32,000 nt of DNA from positions 240,001 through 272,000 of the forward strand of contig NC_010814.1 in NCBI RefSeq assembly GCF_000020385.1, read 5' to 3'. The position numbers and the translations under genes were made by a program. Below are positions 1-8,854 of this stretch, in pieces. The notes under the pieces were generated by a model, which ran no database searches, was not told where the DNA came from, and saw nothing but the letters and a program-made list of their open reading frames with translations. Origin of the DNA: Trichlorobacter lovleyi SZ (lineage in GTDB: Bacteria > Desulfobacterota > Desulfuromonadia > Geobacterales > Pseudopelobacteraceae). Each line of letters starts with the position of its first letter. The first letter of the stretch is position 1.

Positions 1-645
1 GCCATACCGGAGGATAAGGCCGACGAGGTGATGAAGATCCTCGACGGTGTTCGGGATGAGTTTGAGAAGGAGAAGCAGGAATTTTTGTCGGAGTACGACC
101 GCAGTCTGAGGGAATGGATTGATGCGAACCCCGAATGGGCAGCCATCATCGAAAAAGGCGTAGAACCAGCGTCAACAGCGGCACGCCGTCTGGGCTTCGC
201 AGTCCAGGCGTTCAAGGTCAAGAACATCGACGGACTGGACAAGGGGCTGAACGAACATGCCAGTACCCTGTCAGAACGGCTGATCTTTGAAATCAATCAA
301 CAAGCCAGGCAAGCCTGGGAGGAGTCGTACAAGGGACGCCCTTCTGTAACCCGGAAAGCGCTACGCCCGATCAAGTCCATGCTCGACAAACTGCGTGGTC
401 TTGAGTTCCTTTCTCCCTACCTGCTCACTCTGGCAGTACAGGTTGAAGACGTGTTGGCCTCATTACCAAAAAGCGGTCCCATCGAAGGACGGAATCTCAC
501 CTCACTTATCGGGATATTGCATGTCCTCGGCGATTTGCCGCTGGATGAAGTCCCGGCAGAGGAAGAAGAGGATGTTGTTGAAAACATCCTTCCCGAGACC
601 AGAACCGCTGAGCCGGTAAGCCTGCCCAGCGAATGGTTCTTTTAG
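1..645 (+). CDS. hypothetical protein, 5'-truncated by the window edge (DUF3150-like partner of CobT-type vWA proteins, from memory)
   Basis: Frame 1 is open from nt 1 (AIPEDKADEV precedes the first ATG at 28) to TAG at 643-645. The AGGAGG of the next gene overlaps the stop. The family call rests on recollection of the AAA-ATPase/DUF3150/vWA gene triad and cannot be verified here. Confidence 0.6.
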   Translation, partial: AIPEDKADEVMKILDGVRDEFEKEKQEFLSEYDRSLREWIDANPEWAAIIEKGVEPASTAARRLGFAVQAFKVKNIDGLDKGLNEHASTLSERLIFEINQQARQAWEESYKGRPSVTRKALRPIKSMLDKLRGLEFLSPYLLTLAVQVEDVLASLPKSGPIEGRNLTSLIGILHVLGDLPLDEVPAEEEEDVVENILPETRTAEPVSLPSEWFF

Positions 646-654
646 GAGGCCGCC

Positions 655-2373
655 ATGAAACACACCACACTGCCCCTGGTTGCCAAGGCACTCGGGGAAA
701 AATACGACATTCAGGTACAGATCTCCGGCGACCAGGCGTACACCAACGGACGGATTATCAATCTTCCGTCCCTGCCAGACAGCAAAGAGGCGGCACTGCT
801 TGCCCGTGGCTATATCGACCACGAGAGCGCCCACATCCGGTTCACGGATTTCAGCGTTAAAAGTAGTACCTCCATGCTCAAGTGCCTGACAAACATTCTT
901 GAAGACATCCGTATCGAGAAGATGATGGGAGCGAAGTATCCCGGGTGCCGGTCTAATTTGAAAGATCTGGCCGAGCACCTGAAGCAACAGGGGAGTTTCA
1001 CACCGTCACTTCAAGACCCACCGCAGACCCTACTGGCATGGCTATGCGCCAGGGGACGGCTAACCTTGAATCAGGACTTCAGTGACATCCTTGCCATGAC
1101 CAGCAGTACGGTCAACGGGTTTCTCGGCACCGGATACAAAAAGTTGCTGGACCTGACCGAGAGAATTCCAAATCTCGTCTCCACCAGGGACTCACAATCC
1201 ATGGCGGAGGAGATCCTGCGGTTGATCCGTGATGAAAAACACCAACAGGAGCAGGAACGGAAACGTCAGGAAGACCAGAAGGCGAAAACCACCTGCAGCT
1301 CTGATGGGTCAAAACCTGATGGCAGTTCCAATGATCAGGAAGAATACAATCAGACATCCGGCACTGACCAGCAGTCAGGAAAACCGAAACAGGATACCGA
1401 TGATTCATCACCCGATGGTGATAACACCGGTACTGCAGCAGGCGATGATTCTCAGTCCCAAGCTGCAGGCAATCCGTCGCCTCCTGTTCCCAAGAGTGGT
1501 TCCAGTGGGGAATTGGGTGGTAATCCCGAGGCTCTTCAGGAAATGCTCGATTGTGATCCTGGCGGGTTTGGCGATGTCGGTGAAATTCTCAAACATGAAC
1601 TGATAACTGAGGGTGAAACAGTCGGCAATCGGGGTGGCGTTCTGCTTCCACCGGAGGCCTCTCTGCGCACCTTTCCCATCGATATCCATGAAACCAGACG
1701 ACATACGGCGCTGCTCAGAGCCCGGCTTAGCGGATTAATCCAGGCAAGCCGACTGAGGAGACGTCATGCACGCCGCACCGGTAGCAAGATAGATAACCGG
1801 GTGGTGCATCGTCTTGCATTAAACGACACCAGGCTGTTTCTGCACCAAGAGGAGAAAACGGAGGTCAATACCGCCATCATGATCCTCGTGGACAGGAGTG
1901 GGAGCATGCAACACCAGAAAATCGAGGTTGCCTCTAAAACTGCATATGTTGTGGCAGAGGCCCTTGATTCAATCCCTGGATGTTTTGCTGCCGTTGCCGC
2001 ATTTCCAGTCGGCAACAGCGATGGGGTAGCACCTTTGGTGCGGTTTGGAGAGCGTCCCTGCTCGTCCAAATTCGGGATGTCGGCAGGCGGTGGCACACCT
2101 CTGGCCCAGGCACTGTACTGGGCTGGGGTGGAATTGCTCAAAAGGGAGGAACCCAGGAAAATTCTGCTCAGTGTAACTGATGGTGAGCCTGATGACCTGC
2201 GAACCACCAAAAGAGCAATCCGGTGGTTGTTGGAGCAAGGTATCGAGCCCATGGGGCTTGGTATCTGCGAGGAGTCGGTACGAACGATCTTCCCGACCTA
2301 CGGCGTTGTATATAGCGTCGAAGAACTGCCACCTGCGCTTTTCGGTATGCTTCAGGAAAAACTCACAAGGTAA
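655..2373 (+). CDS. von Willebrand factor A (vWA) domain protein, CobT-like
   Basis: 572-aa ORF with AGGAGG 6 nt upstream. The C-terminal region has the MIDAS-type motif ILVDRSGSM followed by LLSVTDGEPDD. A long Q/S/D/G-rich low-complexity linker spans about aa 190-300. Confidence 0.85.
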   Translation: MKHTTLPLVAKALGEKYDIQVQISGDQAYTNGRIINLPSLPDSKEAALLARGYIDHESAHIRFTDFSVKSSTSMLKCLTNILEDIRIEKMMGAKYPGCRSNLKDLAEHLKQQGSFTPSLQDPPQTLLAWLCARGRLTLNQDFSDILAMTSSTVNGFLGTGYKKLLDLTERIPNLVSTRDSQSMAEEILRLIRDEKHQQEQERKRQEDQKAKTTCSSDGSKPDGSSNDQEEYNQTSGTDQQSGKPKQDTDDSSPDGDNTGTAAGDDSQSQAAGNPSPPVPKSGSSGELGGNPEALQEMLDCDPGGFGDVGEILKHELITEGETVGNRGGVLLPPEASLRTFPIDIHETRRHTALLRARLSGLIQASRLRRRHARRTGSKIDNRVVHRLALNDTRLFLHQEEKTEVNTAIMILVDRSGSMQHQKIEVASKTAYVVAEALDSIPGCFAAVAAFPVGNSDGVAPLVRFGERPCSSKFGMSAGGGTPLAQALYWAGVELLKREEPRKILLSVTDGEPDDLRTTKRAIRWLLEQGIEPMGLGICEESVRTIFPTYGVVYSVEELPPALFGMLQEKLTR

Positions 2374-2391
2374 AAATATCATACCAACACC

Positions 2392-2458
2392 CCGACGGGG
2401 AATGCCATTCCCCACGGGGAGATGTGCGTTCTCCGTCGGTGCTACACGAGGAGAACCC
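2392..2458 (+). promoter_or_regulatory. structured 5' leader L1 (SD mimic / anti-SD / SD triad)
   Basis: 2392-2401 ccgacgggga pairs with 2430-2439 tctccgtcgg (10 bp, one G-U). 2428-2434 gttctcc is the exact complement of the SD region 2450-2456 ggagaac. ATG at 2459. Confidence 0.5.
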
Positions 2459-3022
2459 ATGAAAATAACCATTTCAAACGACAAGGCGTCGGCAACGGTC
2501 ATCTGCCGGGATCTGTTCCTGGACGATTCTGTGCCCGGCGCTCGCAATCTCTTCTATCTCACCGCCTACGGCCCCACTCAGGAGATCCGGGCATTCGCCC
2601 AGATTCTTGCCATGAAGGGGGCACTTGAATGCCACAGTAAAGATGACAGATCAATCAACATCTGGAGCAACCATCCCCTCCGGGTCATTCCGAAGATGGG
2701 CGAAGGGTATTCAGGGGCATATATCACGCCTTCGTCTGACTCGTCGTTTCTGATCGGCAGCTCGAAGGCGGATTGCTACCAGGTCTTTACCAGGATTCTC
2801 GATCAGCGAGAGTTTGTCCATCGCGATTGGTACGAGGCACTGTTCAACGAAGTATCCATGGAAATAGAGCCCCTTGTGGGAAACAAGCGGTGCTGGAAAT
2901 TCCGGGCCCACGAACTCAAGTCGGAGATAGTCAACCGGCTCAAGTACGGCGGTCTCAAGATGCCTCCAGCAACAGCGCACTTCACCATCGAGAAGGAGGA
3001 ACACCATGCGTTATCCAATTGA
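2459..3022 (+). CDS. hypothetical protein (187 aa)
   Basis: Internal ATG of ORF 2180..3022 preceded by GAGGAGAA. The longer form would overlap the vWA gene and cross the leader. Confidence 0.6.
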   Translation: MKITISNDKASATVICRDLFLDDSVPGARNLFYLTAYGPTQEIRAFAQILAMKGALECHSKDDRSINIWSNHPLRVIPKMGEGYSGAYITPSSDSSFLIGSSKADCYQVFTRILDQREFVHRDWYEALFNEVSMEIEPLVGNKRCWKFRAHELKSEIVNRLKYGGLKMPPATAHFTIEKEEHHALSN

Positions 3023-3275
3023 ACGGGTTTCGGACAACTGGGAACGCCGGATTGTCAAAAACGGCTACGTCCAACACCGTGAAGTCTACCGTAACGGTAC
3101 TCACGGAGAGTGGCAGTTTTACATATCCGGCTTCGGTCCCATGGTAGAAGTTGGTACGGGACGCTGCACCGTCCTTATGGAAGGCGGCAGCTATGACCAT
3201 TTCGTCCCCATCGATGCCGACAACCGCATCAAGATCAATGGCCGCTGGTATGACCGGCGCTATTGGGATCACTGA
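3006..3275 (+). CDS. hypothetical protein (89 aa)
   Basis: The ATG overlaps the 3' end of the preceding gene by 17 nt, on the same strand as the operon. No recognisable motif. Confidence 0.5.
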   Translation: MRYPIERVSDNWERRIVKNGYVQHREVYRNGTHGEWQFYISGFGPMVEVGTGRCTVLMEGGSYDHFVPIDADNRIKINGRWYDRRYWDH

Positions 3276-3306
3276 GACAAAGAAACAATAATTTCTATCC
3301 CTCTGC

Positions 3307-3383
3307 GGGTAGGCGGTTTTAACCTCCTCCCCGACCGGCGAGGGTGTTATCTCCGCCTGCCCCCTGTTACCAAGGAGACAGGC
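3307..3383 (+). promoter_or_regulatory. structured 5' leader L2 (variant of the triad)
   Basis: 3307-3316 gggtaggcgg pairs with 3353-3362 ccgcctgccc (10 bp, one G-U). The adjacent tctcc at 3350-3354 is complementary to SD ggaga at 3374-3378. ATG at 3384. Confidence 0.35.
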
Positions 3384-6300
3384 ATGGAACTTACCACTAC
3401 CATCAACAGCTCATTTTCCCGCACCCGGGGGAATGAACTGAACAAGGGCTACTACCCGACCTTTCCATCCGATGTTCAAACGGTACTCCGTATTCTGGAA
3501 CCGTCATTCGGTTGGAAAAGCCGGCGCTACAATGCCCTGAAAACCATATCCGTCCTTGACCCCTGTGCGGGTTCGGGCGAATTCCTTACCACGATAACCC
3601 GTTGGCTCAAACGGCGCTATGCTGCATCCAACGGTTCACCTCACGAAATCCTTTCCTACGCCGTTGAACTGGATGCCGGCAGGTTCGCCAGGATTCACGG
3701 GACAACCCAGAAGCTTAACTCGTCGTTCTTTGACGTAGAGTTATCCGGCAAGTTCAATCTGATTCTGCTGAATCCACCCTACAACAAGGCCGCCGGCAAC
3801 GAACTCGTCACCTGGATGGAAAAGACTGCACCTCTGCTTGCTTATGAAGGAGTGATGGTTCTCATCATTCCCGAGTATGAGCTGAAAGGGAGACTGCTGG
3901 ACATAATCCAGGGGACGTTTCCGTTTGCCTACGCTTTCCAGAGCGAGGAATACGCCCGCTTCAAGCAGGTGGTCGTGTTTCTGGCAAAGAACCAGGACAA
4001 CAGCAGCGAAATCTATCATCAGTACACACGTTATCAGAGTTGGCCCGCTGCCAACCTGGGGGATGGAGCGGTACGGGGGAAGTACACCGTGCCGGGCAAA
4101 CGCCAGACTCTTTCCCTTGGCGGCAGCAATGGCAGCAACCGCCCGCTCATGACCGCCCGCGACCTCACGGAGCTTTACCGGGAGTGCGAGGACCGGCTCG
4201 ACAAAGCGGCAGTCATGGTGCTGGACCGGCAGTATCCGTCGTCCTACGACACCAGCATCCAGCCCATCTCAACCCTGCGAACGGCGCATGCCGTCCAACT
4301 GGCAGCTATGAACAGCCAGATCGAATCCGTCACCATCAACGGCGACTTCTTCCTGGCCAAATTCATGGTCATCACCAAAACCGAGACCTTCAAGGACCCG
4401 GAGAACAACTGCGAGACGATGGTCTGCAAGCCCACCGTCGAAGCCTTTCTGATGGACCGCCACGGGCACGTCAAGCCGGCCCGGGAACATGGGTTCGACT
4501 ACTACGAACTCAACAGCCGTCTCTCATCGGTGCTTCTGCAAAAACTCTCGCGGCTCTACCAGCCCCTTCATGAAATCGGCCAGGACGAAACATACCTGGT
4601 TGATGAACTGCAGGGGATCGGTCTGCTCCCCCCACAACGGGAAGCGGTCAAGGCCGTCATCAAGGCCTACCGCTCAGGACGCCGGGGCATTGGTATTCGT
4701 GCCAACACCGGCACGGGTAAAACATGGATGGCGAAAGCGGTCAAGTACCTCACTGAGGCAAAACGCACGGTGATGGTATCGGAACCGCAGCTCATCCCCC
4801 AGTTGGCAAAGGAGTACGCCAACGAGGGTTTCAATGTGCATGTCATCGACTCCTGGGAAGCCCTGAAGGAACTTACCGCAACCAGGCCGCACGGTCTCTA
4901 TCTGATCGCCTACACGCGGCTCCGCATGCACCCGAAATACCGGCTCTGTATCAAGAGTCGTAAAACCATCGTCAAGAAGGATGGTCACAGCTCCGTTGAA
5001 TACACGGAAGTCTGCCCATCATGCCGTTCGCCTCTATCCGAGAAAATCCGCAAAGGTGACAAACCCAAGTGCTTGTACTGCGGCGAACCGCTCTTTACCT
5101 ATATTCCTGAAAATGACCGACCTGTCATGACCTATCGTCGCTGGATCAGCGAAATCGAGAACAACGGCACCGCCACGGAAGCCAGGACGCACAACAAGCA
5201 GCTTCCGTACATCCGGCTCTTGAAGCGGATACCGTTCGACCTCGCCATCTTCGACGAAGCCCACAACGCGGCCAACCTGATGAGTAACCAGGGGACCGCG
5301 TTCATCCGGCTTGCCGCAACCGCCAAGAAGGTTCTCGCCCTCACCGCCACCGTGACCAACGGTATGGCGAAATCCATCTATAACATCCTGTGGGGGTTGA
5401 ATCCAATGCAAATGCGGAGTGCCGGCTGGGAGATGAAGTCGGCCACTGATTTCCAGACAAAATACGGTGCGTTCAAGACCGTCAGGAAAACCGATGAGAA
5501 AAACCGTCACCGTGAATCGGAGCGTGTCACCACCTACGATACGGCTGGCATCTCACCGGCAGCCCTGATCTTTACGATTCCCAATTTCGTAAATGTGGAC
5601 AGTGACGACTTCGACGATCTGCCTCCTGTGGAACGGGAAGTCATCAAGTGTCAATCACACGCCCTGGTGGAAACCTGTCACCGGAGCATCGAAAACATCA
5701 TCGAAAAGGCAGACCTGCCACCGGAAGACCTTATGGCAGCTGCAGCCGTCCGCAATGCAGCGTTCCTGCGTGTCAGCGACACGTTCCGGCATTACAACGA
5801 CGAATTGAAACTGCGGGATATTCCGCTCGGCACACTGCACCGGCTGTCGCTTCCCGACGGGGAGCTGCTGCTGGAAAAAGAAGAAAAACTGATCGGTATC
5901 GCCCAGGGGGTGATCGACCGGGGAGAGCGTCTGCTGGTCTATACCGGCAACACGCAGAAGATCGACATGCGTCCCATCCTGAAACGCATCCTTCGGGATA
6001 ACGTTCAGGGCGCCAGCATCGAGATCCTGCCCGACTCGGTTGCTCCTGAAAAGCTGGTTGGATGGTTCGAGCAGGTAACGGCCCAGGTCGTTGTCGTCTC
6101 TTTCCACCGCGTTGCCACGGGTCTCAACCTATCCCAGTTCAACAACCTTGTCTGGTACGACTACACGTCCAATACCAGGCTGGCCGAACAGGGAGACGGG
6201 AGAATCCGTCGCGTCAATACCGCTGACATCCACCGGGCTCAGTTCGGGGAAGTTCGTCCCGTCCGTTACTGGTATCTCACCTCATCGGAAGTCCAGGCAC

Positions 6301-6737
6301 TGCAGCTTGCCTACACCCTGGAGAAGAGGATGGTCGCCAAGCTCGCGGAGGGGGAAACACCTGACATCGACCCGGCTGAATGCAGCAGCCAGTCGTTTTC
6401 ATCTCTGATGACAAAGGCGCTCAAGGAGGGGAACTTCAATTACACGGACCCGTCGTCCCTGTTGAAGAAGATGACCCAGCACGAGAATGCCCGAGTCAGG
6501 GGAGACAACAAGGGAGAAGCGCCGATCAAAAGCAACATCATCCATCTACCAATCACCAAGCCGGAACCTGCTCCAGTTCCACCATCCATTGCAGTCATTC
6601 ATTGTGAAGACGGCAGAGAGGTCACTCGGGACTTGTCATTCGGCATGTACCAGACCTTGCTGGATGCGGGAGCCCTGGAGTTCACCCTGTTTGGCGTCTA
6701 TGTGCGTAATCCCGCCCCCAGGCGGAAATACGCCTGA
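3384..6737 (+). CDS. N6-adenine DNA methyltransferase :: SF2 (DEAH) helicase fusion protein with CxxC...CxxC zinc ribbon insert
   Basis: N-terminus has VLDPCAGSGEF (SAM motif I) and LLNPPYNK (motif IV). The middle has ANTGTGKTW (Walker A) and IFDEAHNA (motif II). CPSCRS...CLYCGE lies between them. The C-terminal helicase lobe has FHRVATGLNL. Confidence 0.9.
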   Translation: MELTTTINSSFSRTRGNELNKGYYPTFPSDVQTVLRILEPSFGWKSRRYNALKTISVLDPCAGSGEFLTTITRWLKRRYAASNGSPHEILSYAVELDAGRFARIHGTTQKLNSSFFDVELSGKFNLILLNPPYNKAAGNELVTWMEKTAPLLAYEGVMVLIIPEYELKGRLLDIIQGTFPFAYAFQSEEYARFKQVVVFLAKNQDNSSEIYHQYTRYQSWPAANLGDGAVRGKYTVPGKRQTLSLGGSNGSNRPLMTARDLTELYRECEDRLDKAAVMVLDRQYPSSYDTSIQPISTLRTAHAVQLAAMNSQIESVTINGDFFLAKFMVITKTETFKDPENNCETMVCKPTVEAFLMDRHGHVKPAREHGFDYYELNSRLSSVLLQKLSRLYQPLHEIGQDETYLVDELQGIGLLPPQREAVKAVIKAYRSGRRGIGIRANTGTGKTWMAKAVKYLTEAKRTVMVSEPQLIPQLAKEYANEGFNVHVIDSWEALKELTATRPHGLYLIAYTRLRMHPKYRLCIKSRKTIVKKDGHSSVEYTEVCPSCRSPLSEKIRKGDKPKCLYCGEPLFTYIPENDRPVMTYRRWISEIENNGTATEARTHNKQLPYIRLLKRIPFDLAIFDEAHNAANLMSNQGTAFIRLAATAKKVLALTATVTNGMAKSIYNILWGLNPMQMRSAGWEMKSATDFQTKYGAFKTVRKTDEKNRHRESERVTTYDTAGISPAALIFTIPNFVNVDSDDFDDLPPVEREVIKCQSHALVETCHRSIENIIEKADLPPEDLMAAAAVRNAAFLRVSDTFRHYNDELKLRDIPLGTLHRLSLPDGELLLEKEEKLIGIAQGVIDRGERLLVYTGNTQKIDMRPILKRILRDNVQGASIEILPDSVAPEKLVGWFEQVTAQVVVVSFHRVATGLNLSQFNNLVWYDYTSNTRLAEQGDGRIRRVNTADIHRAQFGEVRPVRYWYLTSSEVQALQLAYTLEKRMVAKLAEGETPDIDPAECSSQSFSSLMTKALKEGNFNYTDPSSLLKKMTQHENARVRGDNKGEAPIKSNIIHLPITKPEPAPVPPSIAVIHCEDGREVTRDLSFGMYQTLLDAGALEFTLFGVYVRNPAPRRKYA

Positions 6738-6758
6738 CGAGACCTCAACCATCAATCC

Positions 6759-6819
6759 GTGCGGGGACAGATACCCCGTAAGGGTCGATCTGTCTCCGCA
6801 CATTACAAGGAGACAGTCC
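6759..6819 (+). promoter_or_regulatory. structured 5' leader L3 (SD mimic / anti-SD / SD triad)
   Basis: 6759-6769 gtgcggggaca pairs with 6791-6801 tgtctccgcac (11 bp, one G-U). 6791-6797 tgtctcc is the exact complement of SD 6809-6815 ggagaca. ATG at 6820. Confidence 0.55.
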
Positions 6820-7254
6820 ATGGCAGACACCATATCAGCAAAACGCCTCATCATACCCATTCACGACAACAGCGAGTTCTTCTCTGACAACGCTGACTAC
6901 GCCGTCATCGATCTTGATGCCACGCTTATCGAGCGGATCAAGAAACTTGCGGTGGTTGTAAGGCAGATGAAAGCCTACAAAATCAGCGAATTCAACCATG
7001 CCTGTGACTTCATGGTGGCTGACTGGGATGCCGAGCCGGACAACGGCAAGGTAGCCCTGAAGGAATTTGAGGGACGAATGGAGTGTAATACTCTGAACGT
7101 CACCGACAGTGATTTTTTCTGGTCGGGCTATTACAAACATACTGATGTTCGGTGGGAAACCGACACGGTGCTGCTTGTAGTGCTCGACGAGCCAGGCATC
7201 CATGATGAACGGGAAACTTGCACAGATGTGACCGGTCAAGGTGAATCATCATGA
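6820..7254 (+). CDS. hypothetical protein (144 aa)
   Basis: Internal ATG of ORF 6487..7254 preceded by AAGGAGACAG. The longer form overlaps the helicase gene. Confidence 0.6.
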   Translation: MADTISAKRLIIPIHDNSEFFSDNADYAVIDLDATLIERIKKLAVVVRQMKAYKISEFNHACDFMVADWDAEPDNGKVALKEFEGRMECNTLNVTDSDFFWSGYYKHTDVRWETDTVLLVVLDEPGIHDERETCTDVTGQGESS

Positions 7255-7463
7255 GAGGGAAAGATCTGAGTTCTCTTGAGTGGCAACCCGTCAATGACCC
7301 CAATGGCATGACCGCCTATGAAGCCTTTGATGCAAAAGGCCGCAGTTACTACCTGGTACGGAACAAGCACAAACCGGAGATGATGTTCGTCATCAGCGAC
7401 GGTTTCACGGTTCCTCCCGGGTGGTACACCGACAAGGGCGGCTCTATCAGAAGAGTTTCCTGA
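7251..7463 (+). CDS. hypothetical protein (70 aa)
   Basis: ATGA start/stop overlap with the preceding gene. Confidence 0.5.
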   Translation: MRGKDLSSLEWQPVNDPNGMTAYEAFDAKGRSYYLVRNKHKPEMMFVISDGFTVPPGWYTDKGGSIRRVS

Positions 7464-7482
7464 CAATTAACCGCCAACCCCA

Positions 7483-7547
7483 TCGGGGAGATACGTCTCC
7501 CTCCGGGGTTTCTGTCTCCCCGAACCATCAATCAAAGGAGACAGTCC
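7483..7547 (+). promoter_or_regulatory. structured 5' leader L4 (SD mimic / anti-SD / SD triad)
   Basis: 7483-7493 tcggggagata pairs with 7513-7523 tgtctccccga (11 bp, one G-U). 7513-7519 tgtctcc is the complement of SD 7537-7543 ggagaca. ATG at 7548. Confidence 0.55.
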
Positions 7548-8246
7548 ATGGCAGACTACATGAATCAATCAGTATTCCAACCTTCCATTCCCAAACACCT
7601 GATCAACGACGAGGACCGACGCATTATCGAGGCGTTCAGCATCACATTTGAATCCGACGGCGAGGACAAGTTCTACCTCTACGCGGAGGAGTGGTGCTGT
7701 AATGGCTACCTCAATCCGGAGGAGCCCGGCGGAGAAGAGATCGAAATCAGTGAGGACGATCTTTTCAGCAGGTTCCAGGAGATTATTCGCCGCTCCAACG
7801 GTGAACTTCCCTGGATCTCCAAGGAGAGCGCCTATACCTGTTCGCGGATGCGACCGGATGGCTTCGGCGGCGGAGCAGTTTTCATCACCGCTGATGACAT
7901 TCAGTACAGCTTTACCGGCCAATGGCTGGAACAGCGGATCAGCGAAACAGAAACCGGTGACATCGGTCCACATACGGAAGATCCACCTCCGACCAAGCCG
8001 ATTGTCGGCGTCGTCCTCGAAGGCGGTCTGGTGCAGAGCATTGTCAGCAATGTACCGGAGCAGATCCCGGAAATGGACGTGATTATTCTCGACTACGATG
8101 TCGAGGGGTTCGAGGAGGAATGTCTTCTCAAAGTTCCCCAGAGCAGCGGCGAAATCGCTCGTGCTGTTGGACACATCGAGAAGATTACCGAGTCCGGAAT
8201 CGATCTGGGAATGGTTCTCAATCAGATGAATGCAAGGGGGTGGTGA
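7548..8246 (+). CDS. hypothetical acidic protein (232 aa)
   Basis: AAGGAGACAG SD. The translation initiation region is identical over 22 nt to that of the gene at 6820. Confidence 0.65.
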   Translation: MADYMNQSVFQPSIPKHLINDEDRRIIEAFSITFESDGEDKFYLYAEEWCCNGYLNPEEPGGEEIEISEDDLFSRFQEIIRRSNGELPWISKESAYTCSRMRPDGFGGGAVFITADDIQYSFTGQWLEQRISETETGDIGPHTEDPPPTKPIVGVVLEGGLVQSIVSNVPEQIPEMDVIILDYDVEGFEEECLLKVPQSSGEIARAVGHIEKITESGIDLGMVLNQMNARGW

Positions 8247-8247
8247 C

Positions 8248-8769
8248 ATGAGCCCTCTTGAGCAAACGACAGACGAACCGACCAACGAGGAACGTGCCGA
8301 CCGAATCGACACGGTCATGCAGGCCTACTGCCTGACACTCGAAGGCCGGGATTTCGATGGCGACGAAGATGACGTCAAAGACATGCTCACGGACCTGATG
8401 CACTTCTGTAAGCGTATGAAGATTGACTTTGAGGAGAATCTCCGCGTCGCCCGCAACAATTACGAACATGAGAGAAATGCGGAAACCGGTATACCGGATC
8501 ATTTCGGTTGCCTGGTATGCGGCTGTTTTCTGGAAGTCTCACGAACCGATACCCTGTTGGGGATCGACCGGGAGATTTTTGACTGTCAGAACTGCGATGA
8601 GACCTTCATCCGGGAGCTGACGGTAACAGACAGCCCCATTGAACGGGCCGTGAAGTGCATCGGCTGCGGCAACATGATTCCGCAATCATCAGCACGCATC
8701 TTCTACCAGCGCGACGACTACGCCCATTTCATCGGCGAGTGCTGCTGGGACGAACGACTACGCGACTGA
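8248..8769 (+). CDS. hypothetical Cys-rich (zinc-ribbon-like) protein (173 aa)
   Basis: The ATG lies 1 nt after the upstream stop and is preceded by AAGGGGG. Contains CLVCGC...CQNC and CIGCG...CCWDE cysteine pairs. Confidence 0.6.
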   Translation: MSPLEQTTDEPTNEERADRIDTVMQAYCLTLEGRDFDGDEDDVKDMLTDLMHFCKRMKIDFEENLRVARNNYEHERNAETGIPDHFGCLVCGCFLEVSRTDTLLGIDREIFDCQNCDETFIRELTVTDSPIERAVKCIGCGNMIPQSSARIFYQRDDYAHFIGECCWDERLRD

Positions 8770-8794
8770 CCAAACTACCATAATACATCCAGCG

Positions 8795-8854
8795 GGGAGA
8801 CAACTCCCCGAGGGGAAAGTCTGTCTCCCAGGCTAATAGCAAAGGAGATAGACC
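8795..8854 (+). promoter_or_regulatory. structured 5' leader L5 (SD mimic / anti-SD / SD triad)
   Basis: 8795-8802 gggagaca is the exact complement of 8822-8829 tgtctccc. 8822-8828 pairs with SD 8844-8850 ggagata (7 bp, one G-U). ATG at 8855. Confidence 0.5.

Noticed and set aside
502-987. 161-aa minus-strand ORF, plus other ORFs at 506-691, 633-860, 680-889 and 810-1001
   Set aside because: They are antisense to or out of frame with the motif-supported DUF3150-like and vWA genes. They have no SD and read like GC-rich shadow frames.
1230-1560. Low-complexity stretch in the vWA gene as a DNA tandem repeat or VNTR
   Set aside because: It is biased in amino-acid composition, but I could not find a regular nucleotide repeat unit.
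2180-2458. N-terminal extension of ORF 2180..3022
   Set aside because: It would overlap the vWA gene by ~190 nt and read through the structured leader. The internal ATG at 2459 has a GAGGAGAA SD.
2982-3272. 96-aa minus-strand ORF opposite the 89-aa + ORF
   Set aside because: Either strand could code by length alone. I kept the + ORF because it is coupled to the upstream gene and every neighbour is on the + strand. Confidence stays modest.
6487-6819. N-terminal extension of ORF 6487..7254
   Set aside because: It overlaps the 3' end of the methyltransferase-helicase gene in another frame. AAGGAGACAG precedes the ATG at 6820.
7569-8318. 249-aa minus-strand ORF
   Set aside because: It is antisense to two + strand genes that have strong SDs and fit the co-directional operon. 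It looks like a shadow ORF in GC-rich DNA.
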